64,000 nt of DNA, from contig CAVUWV010000008.1 in the NCBI GenBank assembly GCA_963745075.1, forward strand, positions 384,001-448,000, in the 5' to 3' direction. The position numbers and the translations under genes were made by a program. The DNA comes from Candidatus Hydrogenedentota bacterium (GTDB lineage Bacteria > Hydrogenedentota > Hydrogenedentia > Hydrogenedentales > SLHB01). The notes under the pieces are model-generated. The model was given only the letters and a program-made list of their open reading frames with translations. It did no database searches and had not been told where the DNA came from. Of this stretch, positions 9,246 through 19,173 are shown piece after piece (position 1 is the first letter of the stretch; each line of letters starts with the position of its first letter).

Positions 9246-11090
9246 TTAAAACAAATCCGGCATCGCCGCCGCATCCGACGGCTTCGGAATCTCACTCAAC
9301 TCCGGTTTCCGTCCCGGGATATACGGTCCCGTTTCCATATCCTTGTAGCTCATCCCGGGACCGACCATCGGATAAACATGCGCGTTCTGGTCGATCATCA
9401 CTTCAAGAAACGCGGGGCCCTCCGCCTTCACAAAGGCCTCCAACGTCTCCCGGATCTTCGATTTGTCGCTCAGCCGTTCCGCATACGGAAACCCGTCCGC
9501 GCGCGCCGCCATTACGAAATCCTTCTTATGAAGCGATTTGTCGCTGCCCGAGAAGCGTTCGCCGTAATACGTCGTCTGCCACTGCCGCACCATCCCGTCG
9601 CCGAGATTATTCAGCAACAACACCTTCACCGGCGCCCCGTACGTCGTCACGGTTTCCAGTTCGCCGAGATTCATTCGAATGCTACCGTCCCCGTCGATAT
9701 CGATGACCGTTCGGTCCGGGCAGGCAAACTGCGCGCCGATGGCCGACGGCAGCCCGAAGCCCATCGTGCCCATGCTGCCCGACGTGAGCCACGACCGCGG
9801 CTGATGGAAGTCGAAGTACTGCGCCGCCCACATCTGGTGCTGGCCCACGCCCGTACTCACGATGGCGTTGCCTTTCGTAATCTGGTTGAGCACTTCGATG
9901 ACGTGCTGCGGCTGAATGAGATCGGCGTCTTTGTTGTAGTTCAACGCATGGTCGCGTTTGAGCTGTTGCACGTGCTCGTGCCATGCGCCGAAATCCTTCT
10001 TGAACTTCTTTCCACCTTCGCATAGGTCGCGCAGCGTGACGCCCGCGTCGCCCGCGTGCGCCCACGTCACCGCCTTGACCTTGCCGATTTCCGCCGCGTC
10101 GATGTCGATATGGGCGATATGCTTGGCCTTCGGCGCGAATTCCGAAACCTTGCCCGCTACCCGGTCGTCGAATCGCGCGCCGACCGCGATCAGAAAATCG
10201 CAGTCTTCCACCGCGTAATTCGCGAACGCCGTTCCGTGCATGCCCAGCATATGCAGGGACAACCGGTCGGTCGTATCTACGCTGCCGATCCCCAACAATG
10301 TCGTAACGACGGGAATGCCATACGCCTTCGCAAACGCGCGCAGATCCTCCGCGGCATTGCTGTTGATGACGCCGCCACCCGCATAAATCAACGGCCGCTC
10401 GCTCGTGTTGAGCTGCCGGAAGAATTCCTTCATCTCGTCTTGGGTGACCCGGGAACTGTTCAGTTGCGCCATGCGCTCTTCAAATCCCCGGTAATGGAGC
10501 ATCCCTTCGCCCCGGTACTTCGCGACCGCCAACTGAACGTCTTTCGGAACGTCGATAACCACCGGTCCCGGCCGTCCCGACCGCGCGATCGCAAAGGCCG
10601 TCCGGATCGTTTCCTCCAATTCGTCCTCGTTGGAACACAGGAACACGTGCTTCGCGCAGGCGCTCATAATGCTGAAGACCGGCGCTTCCTGAAACGCGTC
10701 GGAACCGATCGACGCGCGCGGAACCTGGCCGCAGATCAACACCACCGGAATGGAATCCGCCATGCAATCCCGGATCGGCGTGACGCAATTCGTGGCGCCC
10801 GGTCCGGACGTGACCAGAAACACGCCGACCCGGCCGCTCGCCCGGGCGTAGCCCGCCGCCATAAATCCCGCGCCCTGCTCGTTCGCCGGAACCACCAGCC
10901 GGATCTGTTCGTCGTTCGGCTTGTCCGCGTTATACCGGAAGATGGCGTCGTACGTGGGAAGTATCGCCCCTCCGCTGTATCCGAATATCGTATCGACCCC
11001 TTCGTCGGCGAGCACCTGGATAATGCGCTCCGCCCCCGACATTTCGGTGCCGACCATCGGATTCTTCTTCGTTGATTTCACCGTTGCCAT
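9246..11090 (-). CDS. ilvB: Acetolactate synthase large subunit, biosynthetic type
   Basis: FGYSGGAILP, TSGPGATN, GMHGT, GVGQHQMW and ThDP motif GDGS...NN. Confidence 0.95.
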   Translation of the reverse strand: MATVKSTKKNPMVGTEMSGAERIIQVLADEGVDTIFGYSGGAILPTYDAIFRYNADKPNDEQIRLVVPANEQGAGFMAAGYARASGRVGVFLVTSGPGATNCVTPIRDCMADSIPVVLICGQVPRASIGSDAFQEAPVFSIMSACAKHVFLCSNEDELEETIRTAFAIARSGRPGPVVIDVPKDVQLAVAKYRGEGMLHYRGFEERMAQLNSSRVTQDEMKEFFRQLNTSERPLIYAGGGVINSNAAEDLRAFAKAYGIPVVTTLLGIGSVDTTDRLSLHMLGMHGTAFANYAVEDCDFLIAVGARFDDRVAGKVSEFAPKAKHIAHIDIDAAEIGKVKAVTWAHAGDAGVTLRDLCEGGKKFKKDFGAWHEHVQQLKRDHALNYNKDADLIQPQHVIEVLNQITKGNAIVSTGVGQHQMWAAQYFDFHQPRSWLTSGSMGTMGFGLPSAIGAQFACPDRTVIDIDGDGSIRMNLGELETVTTYGAPVKVLLLNNLGDGMVRQWQTTYYGERFSGSDKSLHKKDFVMAARADGFPYAERLSDKSKIRETLEAFVKAEGPAFLEVMIDQNAHVYPMVGPGMSYKDMETGPYIPGRKPELSEIPKPSDAAAMPDLF

Positions 11091-11229
11091 TCTATCCTCC
11101 TCAGCGAAAGTGGTTCCGTCATTCCCTCACGACTTCCGCTACGCATGCATACCAATCGTTCCGGCGGGCCGGGTTTTTCATCCATTTTAAGGCAGTTTCC
11201 ACGGATTCGTCCACCCCGCGGCCGCCCCG

Positions 11230-11268
11230 AAAAGAAAAATGGAGCGCCGGCCACAACACCAGCGCTCC
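11230..11268 (-). terminator. Intrinsic terminator after rpsA
   Basis: GGAGCGC...GCGCTCC stem followed by ATTTTTCTTT on the minus strand. Confidence 0.7.
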
Positions 11269-11297
11269 CCAACCGAAAGCCGGATTCGCGTCCGGTC

Positions 11298-13364
11298 TTA
11301 CTCAGTCTTTTCCGCTTCCGTGCCGGAATCTTCCGTCGCCGGCGCATCCGCCGCCGTCTCTTCTGCCGCCGGTGTCTCCGCCGCGGGCGCTTCCTCGGCC
11401 GGTGCCTCCGTCGCAGGCGCAACCGCCGCCGGTGCCTCTTCCGCCGCGGGCGCTTCCTCGGCCGGTGCCTCTTCGGCAGGTGCTTCCGCGGCGGGCGCTT
11501 CTTCCGCCGCCACAGGAGCCGCCGCCGCGGGCGCTTCTTCCTTCTGAAGTTCCGACATCATCTCGTTAGCCGCTTTACCGGGGTCCTGCCCGCCTTCGAG
11601 CAAGGACTTCGGCATGGCGTCGCCAACTACGTCGCCGATGCTGACGGTCTCCTTCGAGCCGCTCGAACCGTACTCGGCCTGGGCCTGACCGTCCAGGTCA
11701 CGCTGGTATTCCCGCAGGCTGAGCCCGATCTTCCGCTCGTTGGAATCGATGCTGATGACCTTCGCCATCACCTTGTCGCCCACCGACAGCACCTCTTCCG
11801 GCTTCTGCACGCGGTTGCTCGAAAGCTCGCTCACGTGAATCAGCCCTTCGATGCCGTTCTCCAATCGGGCGAACGCGCCGAAGCTGACCAGCTTGGCGAT
11901 TTCCACTTCCACGTGGCTCCCGATGGGATGCCCGTCGACCACTTCCTGCCACGGATCCTTGTCCAGTTGCTTGAGCCCTACCCCGATCTTCTCGTTCTGC
12001 GGGTCGATGCTCAGCACCTTCACCTCGATCTCCTGATCCTTCTCCAACACTTCGGAAGGATGGGCGACCTTGCGCGTCCACGAAATGTCGCTCACGTGCA
12101 GCAGCGCGTCGATCCCTTCTTCGATCTCGACAAAAGCGCCGTACTCGGTCAGATTGCGCACCTTGCCTTTGACCACGGAGTTGACCGGATACCGCTGCTC
12201 GATCTCTTTCCAGGGGTTCGGGCGCGTCTGCTTCAACCCGAGCGCGATCTTCTCCGCCTCCGGGTCCACGCTGAGCACCATCACGTCCACCTGTTCGTCC
12301 AGCGACAGGATCTCGTTGGGGTGCCGCACCCGCCGCGTCCAACTCATTTCGCTGACGTGCACCATGCCTTCGATGCCGTCCTCGAGCTGCACGAACGCGC
12401 CGTAGTCCGTCATGCTGACCACACGGCCATGGACCACACTGCCCGGCAGATACCGCGACGACGCCGTCTTCCACGGGTTATCGCTCTTCTGTTTCAGACC
12501 CAGGCTGATCCGCTCCGTCTTGGGATCGAAATTCAATACCATCACTTCAATGCGCTGGCCCACGGACACCACCTGCGAGGGATGCTTCACGCGGCCCCAC
12601 GACATATCCGTCACGTGCAGCAGGCCATCGATGCCGCCCACGTCCACAAACGCGCCGAAGTCCGTAATGTTCTTGACTTCGCCCGGAATGATCTTGCCGA
12701 TCTCGATCGTCGCCAGCAGTTCGCGCTTCTCGCCCGCCCGCTGCTCTTCCAGCAGCTTGCGCCGGCTCACCACCACGTTGCGGCGCCGCTTCGTCAGCTT
12801 AATAATCTTCAGTTCCATCGATTGCCCGATGTACTTCTCGAGATCGCTCGTCGGACGCCACGTCAACTGGCTCGCGGGCATGAACGCGTCAATACCAATA
12901 TCAACCTTCAATCCGCCTTTTACCCGGCGGACGATCCGGCCCTCAATCGTGCCGTCTTCTTCGTAAATCCGCTGGATGTGCGTCCAGTTCTTGATCTTGT
13001 CCGCCTTGATTTTGGACAGGATCGGCATTCCTTCGTCATCTTCCGGTTCTTCGATGAAGATGTCGAACTCATCACCAACCGTGATTTCCGACTTGTTCGG
13101 GAATTCGTCGATGGGGATCGCGCCTTCGCTCTTGTAGCCGATATCGACCAGGACGTAATCATCCGTCAGCCCGACCACCGCGCCGCGCACCACTTCCCCC
13201 TCCTTGAAGTTCTGCATGGTTTCGTTGTAAAGCTCCTCCATGGTTTCCATGGACAGCTCTCCCATGTCATCATCCAAGGCGATGTTTGCAGCCGCACTCG
13301 CCGCCGCAGGTTGCGAAGCCGTTTCTTCAACGACCTCTGTCGTGTTCTGGGTTTCTTCCGTCAT
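11298..13364 (-). CDS. rpsA: 30S ribosomal protein S1 with acidic low-complexity C-terminal tail
   Basis: Six S1 domains (VDIGYKSEG, FGAFV..GIDGLLHV, ISLGLKQ); RBS TAAGGAGG; start at MTEETQ. Confidence 0.97.
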   Translation of the reverse strand: MTEETQNTTEVVEETASQPAAASAAANIALDDDMGELSMETMEELYNETMQNFKEGEVVRGAVVGLTDDYVLVDIGYKSEGAIPIDEFPNKSEITVGDEFDIFIEEPEDDEGMPILSKIKADKIKNWTHIQRIYEEDGTIEGRIVRRVKGGLKVDIGIDAFMPASQLTWRPTSDLEKYIGQSMELKIIKLTKRRRNVVVSRRKLLEEQRAGEKRELLATIEIGKIIPGEVKNITDFGAFVDVGGIDGLLHVTDMSWGRVKHPSQVVSVGQRIEVMVLNFDPKTERISLGLKQKSDNPWKTASSRYLPGSVVHGRVVSMTDYGAFVQLEDGIEGMVHVSEMSWTRRVRHPNEILSLDEQVDVMVLSVDPEAEKIALGLKQTRPNPWKEIEQRYPVNSVVKGKVRNLTEYGAFVEIEEGIDALLHVSDISWTRKVAHPSEVLEKDQEIEVKVLSIDPQNEKIGVGLKQLDKDPWQEVVDGHPIGSHVEVEIAKLVSFGAFARLENGIEGLIHVSELSSNRVQKPEEVLSVGDKVMAKVISIDSNERKIGLSLREYQRDLDGQAQAEYGSSGSKETVSIGDVVGDAMPKSLLEGGQDPGKAANEMMSELQKEEAPAAAAPVAAEEAPAAEAPAEEAPAEEAPAAEEAPAAVAPATEAPAEEAPAAETPAAEETAADAPATEDSGTEAEKTE

Positions 13365-13420
13365 AGGTTTCTTTGGAACCTCCTTAAAATGGATTTGTCT
13401 GTCTACCAGACAGACGCGAT

Positions 13421-13450
13421 AGAATACCACCCTAACCTCAACCGTGTCAA
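13421..13450 (-). promoter_or_regulatory. Sigma70-type promoter of rpsA
   Basis: TTGACA-N18-TATTCT with TG just upstream of the -10; a second TTGACA 23 nt further upstream. Confidence 0.6.
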
Positions 13451-13938
13451 ATTCATATCGACACCGTTGTCAACCCCTCCCGGCCTTGCGCTCGCCATGA
13501 CATTGATCCACCCGATCTCCCCGCGCTCGCCATGAATCCGATGAAGTGAAGCACCAACCTGCCGAAATCGGTTCGCGACGAAAACCGCAAACTTCCATAA
13601 AACGTCGACCCAATGACAAAAACACCCAAAAAAGATGCAACCCATGGCGAGTAAGCCACCATTCATCTCAACACAATGCACGCGATCCACGGTCTTCAGA
13701 ATAGCCGCCTTTGGCCTGTGTTTCCCGTATTCACACTTTCGTGCACTGAACTCGTTCGGATGTGTTATAATCGGATTGGGCGCAGGGGGAACGCCCAACG
13801 GACCTTGAATTCGAACTCGCGATCGGGCGCTCGAAGCATACCCGCGGACTGCTCGGGGGATTCTGGAGTACGGCCAAGTGAATGGAGTAGAATTGCGAAA
13901 GATAGACTACTAGTGCGCCAAGAAGGATCATACCGCAC

Positions 13939-14319
13939 ATGAGCAAGCCGCGTCTGTTGGTTGTCGACGACGAAGAGCATATCCGATTCGCATTGCACCG
14001 CTGGTTCGAAGCCTGTGGATTCGAGGTCGACCTTGCCGAAGACGGCGATGTCGCCGTCGGCAAGTGCCAATCCACCAATTATGACGTCATTACGATGGAC
14101 TTGGTCATGCCCCGCATGGACGGGGTGGAGGCCATTAGCGCTATCCGCGACCTCGATCCTCACGTGCCCATCCTCGTCTTTTCCGGCTACCACGAGCGCG
14201 TCGATGAAGCGGTCCAGACCGGCGCCACACGTACCCTGGCAAAACCGCTGACCCTCCACGAACTCGAACGCGAAGTCCGCAGCGTCCTCGTCGAGAAACG
14301 CCGTAAAACCCAGCAATAG
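13939..14319 (+). CDS. Single-domain response regulator (receiver)
   Basis: LLVVDDE, phospho-acceptor motif MDLVMPRMDG, FSG, KP. Confidence 0.9.
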   Translation: MSKPRLLVVDDEEHIRFALHRWFEACGFEVDLAEDGDVAVGKCQSTNYDVITMDLVMPRMDGVEAISAIRDLDPHVPILVFSGYHERVDEAVQTGATRTLAKPLTLHELEREVRSVLVEKRRKTQQ

Positions 14320-14352
14320 CCAATTTCGGAAGCCCGGCTTCGCAATCCTTTC

Positions 14353-14381
14353 TTGCAATTTCGCCCCCGTGAATCTACGCT
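14353..14381 (+). promoter_or_regulatory. Putative sigma70 promoter of the DAACS transporter
   Basis: TTGCAA-N17-TACGCT, 37 nt before the ATG. Confidence 0.45.
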
Positions 14382-14418
14382 TGCCTCAGCAACGGGTGAC
14401 GACGAACCGGGGTCCTGC

Positions 14419-15843
14419 ATGAAGCGAATCGATCTGCATTACCAAATCTTGATAGGCATGGGCGTGGGCCTCGTAACCGGATTCGCCCTGCACCTCTTCG
14501 GCGCTCCCGATTCCGCCCCATTCAAGACCACCATCTGGTGGCTCAACCTCGTCGGTAAAGATGTGTTTATCGGCGGCCTCAAAATGATCATCGCGCCGCT
14601 GATCTTCGCCTCCATCGTGACGGGTGTTACCAGCCTGCCCAGCATGCGCGAAATCGGCGCCGTCGGATTCAAGACCTTCGCCTACTACTTTTGCACCACC
14701 GGCATCGCCGTCGCCATTGGCATCGTCGCCGTCGTCATTATCCAGCCCGGCAAACGCGACGCGTCCCAGCAGGTCCGGGCCGACCGCGCCGCCGTGTTGG
14801 ACTCCTACCGGAAAGCCTACACCGAACGAACCGGGAACGACCCCGGCGTGCCCGAGCACCGCGTCGACTACCTGGCCTTCATCAGCCAGCGCGACGGCGA
14901 ACACATCTCCGCGACCGACTTCCGCTCCAAATTCGGCGCCATGAAAGACGCCGAATCCCGCGGCCCCGGCGAACTCTTCCGGCAAGGATTGTTGCTGCCC
15001 ATCCTCACGAATCCCTTCAGCGCTCTGTCGGCATCGCCGCCCAACACCCTGGGCATCATCTTCTTCGCCTTGCTCACGGGGATCGCGTGCCTCGCCGTCG
15101 GCTCCGCCGCCCAGCCCGTGTCCAATTTCTTCAAAGGTTTCAACAACGTCATGATGACCATCACCTTGTGGCTCATGCGTCTCGCGCCGATCTGTATCGG
15201 CTGCATCATCGCATCCCTCATCGCCACCTTGGGCGTCGACGCGCTCCGGTCACTGGCCTGGTACTGCCTCACCGTCGTCGGAGGAATCGGCGTTCACATC
15301 GTCGCCCTCCTCACCCTCGTGGCCGCCGTCGGCCGCATGTCCCCCTGGACCTTCCTCAAAGGCATTCGCGATGCCTGGCTCATCGCCTTCACCACCACCT
15401 CGTCCGCCGCCACGCTCCCCGTCACCATTCACCGGACCAAAACGAATCTGAAAGTCTCCCCGAAGATCGCCGACTTCACGCTCCCCGTCGGCGCCACCAT
15501 GAACATGGACGGCACGGCCCTCTACGAAGGTGTCGCCATCATCTTCCTCATTCAGATGTACGGCGGTCTCGACAACGTCGCCATCAGCCTGTCCGGCGTT
15601 AAGCTCTTCATCATCTTCGTGACCGCCGTCTTCGCATCCATTGGCGCCGCCGCCGTGCCGAGCGCCGGTCTTATCACCATGGCCATCGTCGCCAGCGCCG
15701 TCGGCCTGCCCCTCCACTACATCTTCATCATCTACGCCGTCGACCACCTGCTCGACATGTTCCGCACCTCCACCAACGTCATGGGTGACGCCGCCGGCGC
15801 CGTCATCGTCAACCGCCTCGAACAAAGCCGAATCGGCACCTGA
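14419..15843 (+). CDS. Dicarboxylate/amino acid:cation symporter (DAACS, Glt-like)
   Basis: LKMIIAPLIF, AFTTTSSAATLP, GATMNMDGT, DHLLDMFRTSTNVMGD. Confidence 0.93.
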   Translation: MKRIDLHYQILIGMGVGLVTGFALHLFGAPDSAPFKTTIWWLNLVGKDVFIGGLKMIIAPLIFASIVTGVTSLPSMREIGAVGFKTFAYYFCTTGIAVAIGIVAVVIIQPGKRDASQQVRADRAAVLDSYRKAYTERTGNDPGVPEHRVDYLAFISQRDGEHISATDFRSKFGAMKDAESRGPGELFRQGLLLPILTNPFSALSASPPNTLGIIFFALLTGIACLAVGSAAQPVSNFFKGFNNVMMTITLWLMRLAPICIGCIIASLIATLGVDALRSLAWYCLTVVGGIGVHIVALLTLVAAVGRMSPWTFLKGIRDAWLIAFTTTSSAATLPVTIHRTKTNLKVSPKIADFTLPVGATMNMDGTALYEGVAIIFLIQMYGGLDNVAISLSGVKLFIIFVTAVFASIGAAAVPSAGLITMAIVASAVGLPLHYIFIIYAVDHLLDMFRTSTNVMGDAAGAVIVNRLEQSRIGT

Positions 15844-16107
15844 AGCAGCCAAAGTCCCAAGCCATCCCCGCCCCAGACCCGTGTCGTACTCGTAATCGAC
15901 ACCGCCGACCTTACTTCACCGAACGTCACGACATCATGTACGTAGGTGCCAACACACACATGAGAAAGCAAATTCGTTTGATAAATCGAGCAACGGGATG
16001 ACGAATCGAAGCAAGAAACCGACGGGAAAGGTTGCATTACTCTGTACTACTCACAGTCGAAATCGTGAGATTCTGTCATAATTTGTCAAGGTGAGCGACC
16101 AATTCCC

Positions 16108-16188
16108 GTGGCTTGGGCATCGTACGCAAGGTCCCAGCGCATCGGCCAACCACACGCCCCAATTCCTTGGGCAAGATGCCCAATCCAC
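16108..16188. repeat. Imperfect inverted REP-like pair
   Basis: GTGGCTTGGGCATCGTACGCAAGG ... CCTTGGGCAAGATGCCCAATCCAC. Confidence 0.5.
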
Positions 16189-16346
16189 AGTTTTGGTCAT
16201 TTCGGGTTTGGAACATTAGGATTTGTTTCGGACTTCGTATTGGATCCCGGCCTTGGCCTCGCTGCGTTCTGAAATCTCGAATTCTCGATCCCAGCATCGC
16301 GCCGCGCGCCAGCCCACACCATTCCCCATCGCGTCGCCGCTGGCAT

Positions 16347-18287
16347 TCACTCCGTGGGCGCGTTGATATAAATATTGCCCCCGTCCACATTCAACTCGAC
16401 CCGGTACTGCCCCCCGTTCAGCGGACCCGTGCCCTGGATCAAATTCCGCTCCATCGTGGCCGTCAACGGCACCGACGAATCCACGATCCCATTCTTCGCT
16501 GTTACCCACAGCGTTGCATCCGCCGTTTCCGGAATGACCAGCTCCAGATTGCCCTTTTCGACGTGCACGTTATATTCGCCCAGCACACCGTCCAACGCCA
16601 GGATGTTCGCATCGCCTCCCCGGCCCCGGACCGTCACTTCCCCCTTGGGCGTATCGACCAGCACCTTGCCCTGTTCCGCCACGATCGTCTGCTTGCCGTA
16701 CACGTTCGCCGTCTTCACGGTACCTTGCCGGGACGTCAGATTAACCGGCCCCTGGCAATCCGACACCGAGACATCCCCCGATTCATTGATGATCTCGAAG
16801 GGCCCGTCGTCCCGTTTGCAGTGTTCCACCGCCACGCTGCCCTTTTGCTGCTCCACCTCGACGCCCGCACCCATGCCCGCGACCGACGTGATCCCGCTCT
16901 CCGCGTGCAGATCGATCGCCGCGGTCCGTGGACACTTGATCTCCAGATCCACGCGGTAATGCGTGCAGCCCAGCGCTTCCATGTTGTCGCGCGCCGCCGT
17001 CGTCACCAGAAGCTTGCCGTCCAATGCTTCCACACTCAGCGCAAGCGCCTCAATCGCCTTCTCCGCGTTGTCCGGAATCTGCACCCGAACCACCTTGGTG
17101 GCTTTGATCTCGAGCCGGTCCGAATCCACGCCTTCGATACGCACGTCCCCGAGCGTCGCCCGGATCTGCACCTGCGTGTCGCCCGGGACGTCCGCCGATT
17201 CCTCCACGCCCCGCGTAATATACTCGCCGCTGTTCTGCACCGGCGGTGTCGGCGACGGTTTCAGGCCCTCCTGATGAAGGAACACATCGTTGAACGTGGC
17301 CCGGATCGACAAATTCTGGGACGACTCCATGTTGACGACATTCGCGAATGACAATGGACCCTGCGTGTACCGGTCGATCGCCACGTCCGACTGGATGCTT
17401 CCGTAGAGCGTCGTCACGGTGACGGACGGTTTCCGGTTCTCCGGAAGGTACACGTTCACCGGCCCGCTGTCGCTCCGAACGTCGATGTCGCACGTGGGCG
17501 CCAACTCCCGAAGCGTCACGCTGCCCATGAAATTGTTGACGTTCAACTGGCCCGCCGCGTTTACAAATTCCGCCTGGGCGTCGCGCAGTTCAAACGTGCC
17601 CCCCTGGCGCAATCCCTCCGCATACAGCGAACATTCGCCCAGCGCTCGCACCGAAACCGACCCCGAGAGGTTGCGCAAATCCACCTGGCCGAATTGCGAA
17701 TCGACCCCCACCATGCCGGTCGTATCGTGAATCACCGTGTCACCGAACTTGTTCGTGCATAGAACGCTCGCGCCCGCCGGCACCGTTAACGCGTAATTCA
17801 CCTCGTGCCGCACCTTGCCGCGATCCCGCATGTCCGGGTACTGCGTGCTCACTTCGATGCGTTCCGGCGTGTCCTCAACGTCAATCGAGAACGCGTCGAC
17901 GAGTTCGTCCGCGATCTCCACCTTCTCCGCGCCCACCGAGATCTCCGCGCGCACCCGAACGATGGGGTTGTCCCACGTGTCCACGCGGACCTCGCCGAAT
18001 TCGCTCTTCACGGAAACCGTGACGTTGGGTCGAACCGGATAATTCTCCTGGAAATCGCGCGCACTCGTCGCCAACCCGCTCCAGTCCGCGCCCCCGAGTT
18101 CTTCCAGGTTGTCGACCCGCGGTTTGATCCACTCCTCCGTCTTGTCCCCGAGGCTCTTGAGCCACCGGCTCACCGTGTCCAACACGCTGGACGGATCCGT
18201 GCGATCGTCTTGACCCTGGGCCGCACACGCGAAGATTGATGCCGCGAGCAGCATGCCGACAGCCGGGTATTTCAACACATTCAACAT
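16347..18287 (-). CDS. Secreted DUF4097-like beta-strand-repeat (putative adhesin) protein with two repeat domains
   Basis: Signal peptide; recurring G.V.V / G.I.I strand repeats; third gene of an ECF/anti-sigma operon. Confidence 0.75.
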   Translation of the reverse strand: MLNVLKYPAVGMLLAASIFACAAQGQDDRTDPSSVLDTVSRWLKSLGDKTEEWIKPRVDNLEELGGADWSGLATSARDFQENYPVRPNVTVSVKSEFGEVRVDTWDNPIVRVRAEISVGAEKVEIADELVDAFSIDVEDTPERIEVSTQYPDMRDRGKVRHEVNYALTVPAGASVLCTNKFGDTVIHDTTGMVGVDSQFGQVDLRNLSGSVSVRALGECSLYAEGLRQGGTFELRDAQAEFVNAAGQLNVNNFMGSVTLRELAPTCDIDVRSDSGPVNVYLPENRKPSVTVTTLYGSIQSDVAIDRYTQGPLSFANVVNMESSQNLSIRATFNDVFLHQEGLKPSPTPPVQNSGEYITRGVEESADVPGDTQVQIRATLGDVRIEGVDSDRLEIKATKVVRVQIPDNAEKAIEALALSVEALDGKLLVTTAARDNMEALGCTHYRVDLEIKCPRTAAIDLHAESGITSVAGMGAGVEVEQQKGSVAVEHCKRDDGPFEIINESGDVSVSDCQGPVNLTSRQGTVKTANVYGKQTIVAEQGKVLVDTPKGEVTVRGRGGDANILALDGVLGEYNVHVEKGNLELVIPETADATLWVTAKNGIVDSSVPLTATMERNLIQGTGPLNGGQYRVELNVDGGNIYINAPTE

Positions 18288-18491
18288 CGGGTTCCTCGAC
18301 CGTGAGCCTCCAGTTCTTCTCGAAAGCATTTCTCACTGCACCCAAGATATCGGTCGGCAAGGTAACGGCTTTCGCCGCAGTGAGAAATGCGGATTATCAC
18401 CGGCATGAGCATACCAACTCCGGTCGACGAAAAATACCTGAGAAGTACGCGCCCAGGAAAGTGGGGGAGGCCGAAAGGGTGGCGTCGCAGC

Positions 18492-19154
18492 CTACAAACT
18501 GCGTTCAACGTAGTAGAGCGTCTTCAGGGCTTGCGCCTGCCGTTGAATGTTCGAGTTGACGATGCGGTTCGCAAGCTCGCATCCCGGGTTCCGTTGCAGC
18601 GCCGCCCGTGCCGCCGCCAGATCTTCGTCCAGCGCCAGCACCGCCCGCGTCTGCTGCCATTCCCGAAGGTTACGCGGCGCCCGCGTCCGTGAACCCACCG
18701 CCGCCGCCAACGTGTGAATTTCCGACGTGGCCTTGCGAATCTCTTCCGGAGATGGCCCCGTTGCAACCGTTCGCTGCCGCACCGCGACCTGCGTTTCATG
18801 CGTTGCCGCCGGTGCGCCGCCCAAGGCGTGCGAGAAGTAAAACGTCGAGAACAACACGATCCCCGCCGCATAGGCCAGGCCTTTCAACATAATCAACGGC
18901 GTCCGGCCACGGGCCCGGCGTTGCACCCGCCGTTCCGAACGGGCCGCCACAAGGATCTGCGAGGTGAGGTCGTCGGTAGGGCTCAACGCATCGGCCGATG
19001 CCGCGAATTCCATCGAGGTCCGGATTCCCGCCACTTCCTTCGCGCAGACCGTGCATTTCGCTACGTGCCGCGCGGTGGCGGTCGAGATTCCGTGCCCGTC
19101 CACCAAGCCTTCCGCGTAAGCAAGGAGTTCGAGCTTTGACGGGTGACCTAACAT
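18492..19154 (-). CDS. Zinc-finger (ZAS) anti-sigma factor, single transmembrane segment
   Basis: H-x3-C-x2-C (HVAKCTVC), hydrophobic segment, lies directly downstream of the ECF sigma gene. Confidence 0.8.
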   Translation of the reverse strand: MLGHPSKLELLAYAEGLVDGHGISTATARHVAKCTVCAKEVAGIRTSMEFAASADALSPTDDLTSQILVAARSERRVQRRARGRTPLIMLKGLAYAAGIVLFSTFYFSHALGGAPAATHETQVAVRQRTVATGPSPEEIRKATSEIHTLAAAVGSRTRAPRNLREWQQTRAVLALDEDLAAARAALQRNPGCELANRIVNSNIQRQAQALKTLYYVERSL

Positions 19155-19173
19155 CCCCAGTCTGTCCCTCTTT

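Noticed and set aside
13430..13938. Possible tRNA, sRNA or small gene in the 500-nt divergent spacer
   Set aside because: No cloverleaf or T-loop motif and no ORF with RBS and coding bias; promoter elements account for part of it
15844..16346. Possible small gene between the transporter and the DUF4097 gene
   Set aside because: Short ORFs lack RBS and codon bias; region contains repeat fragments
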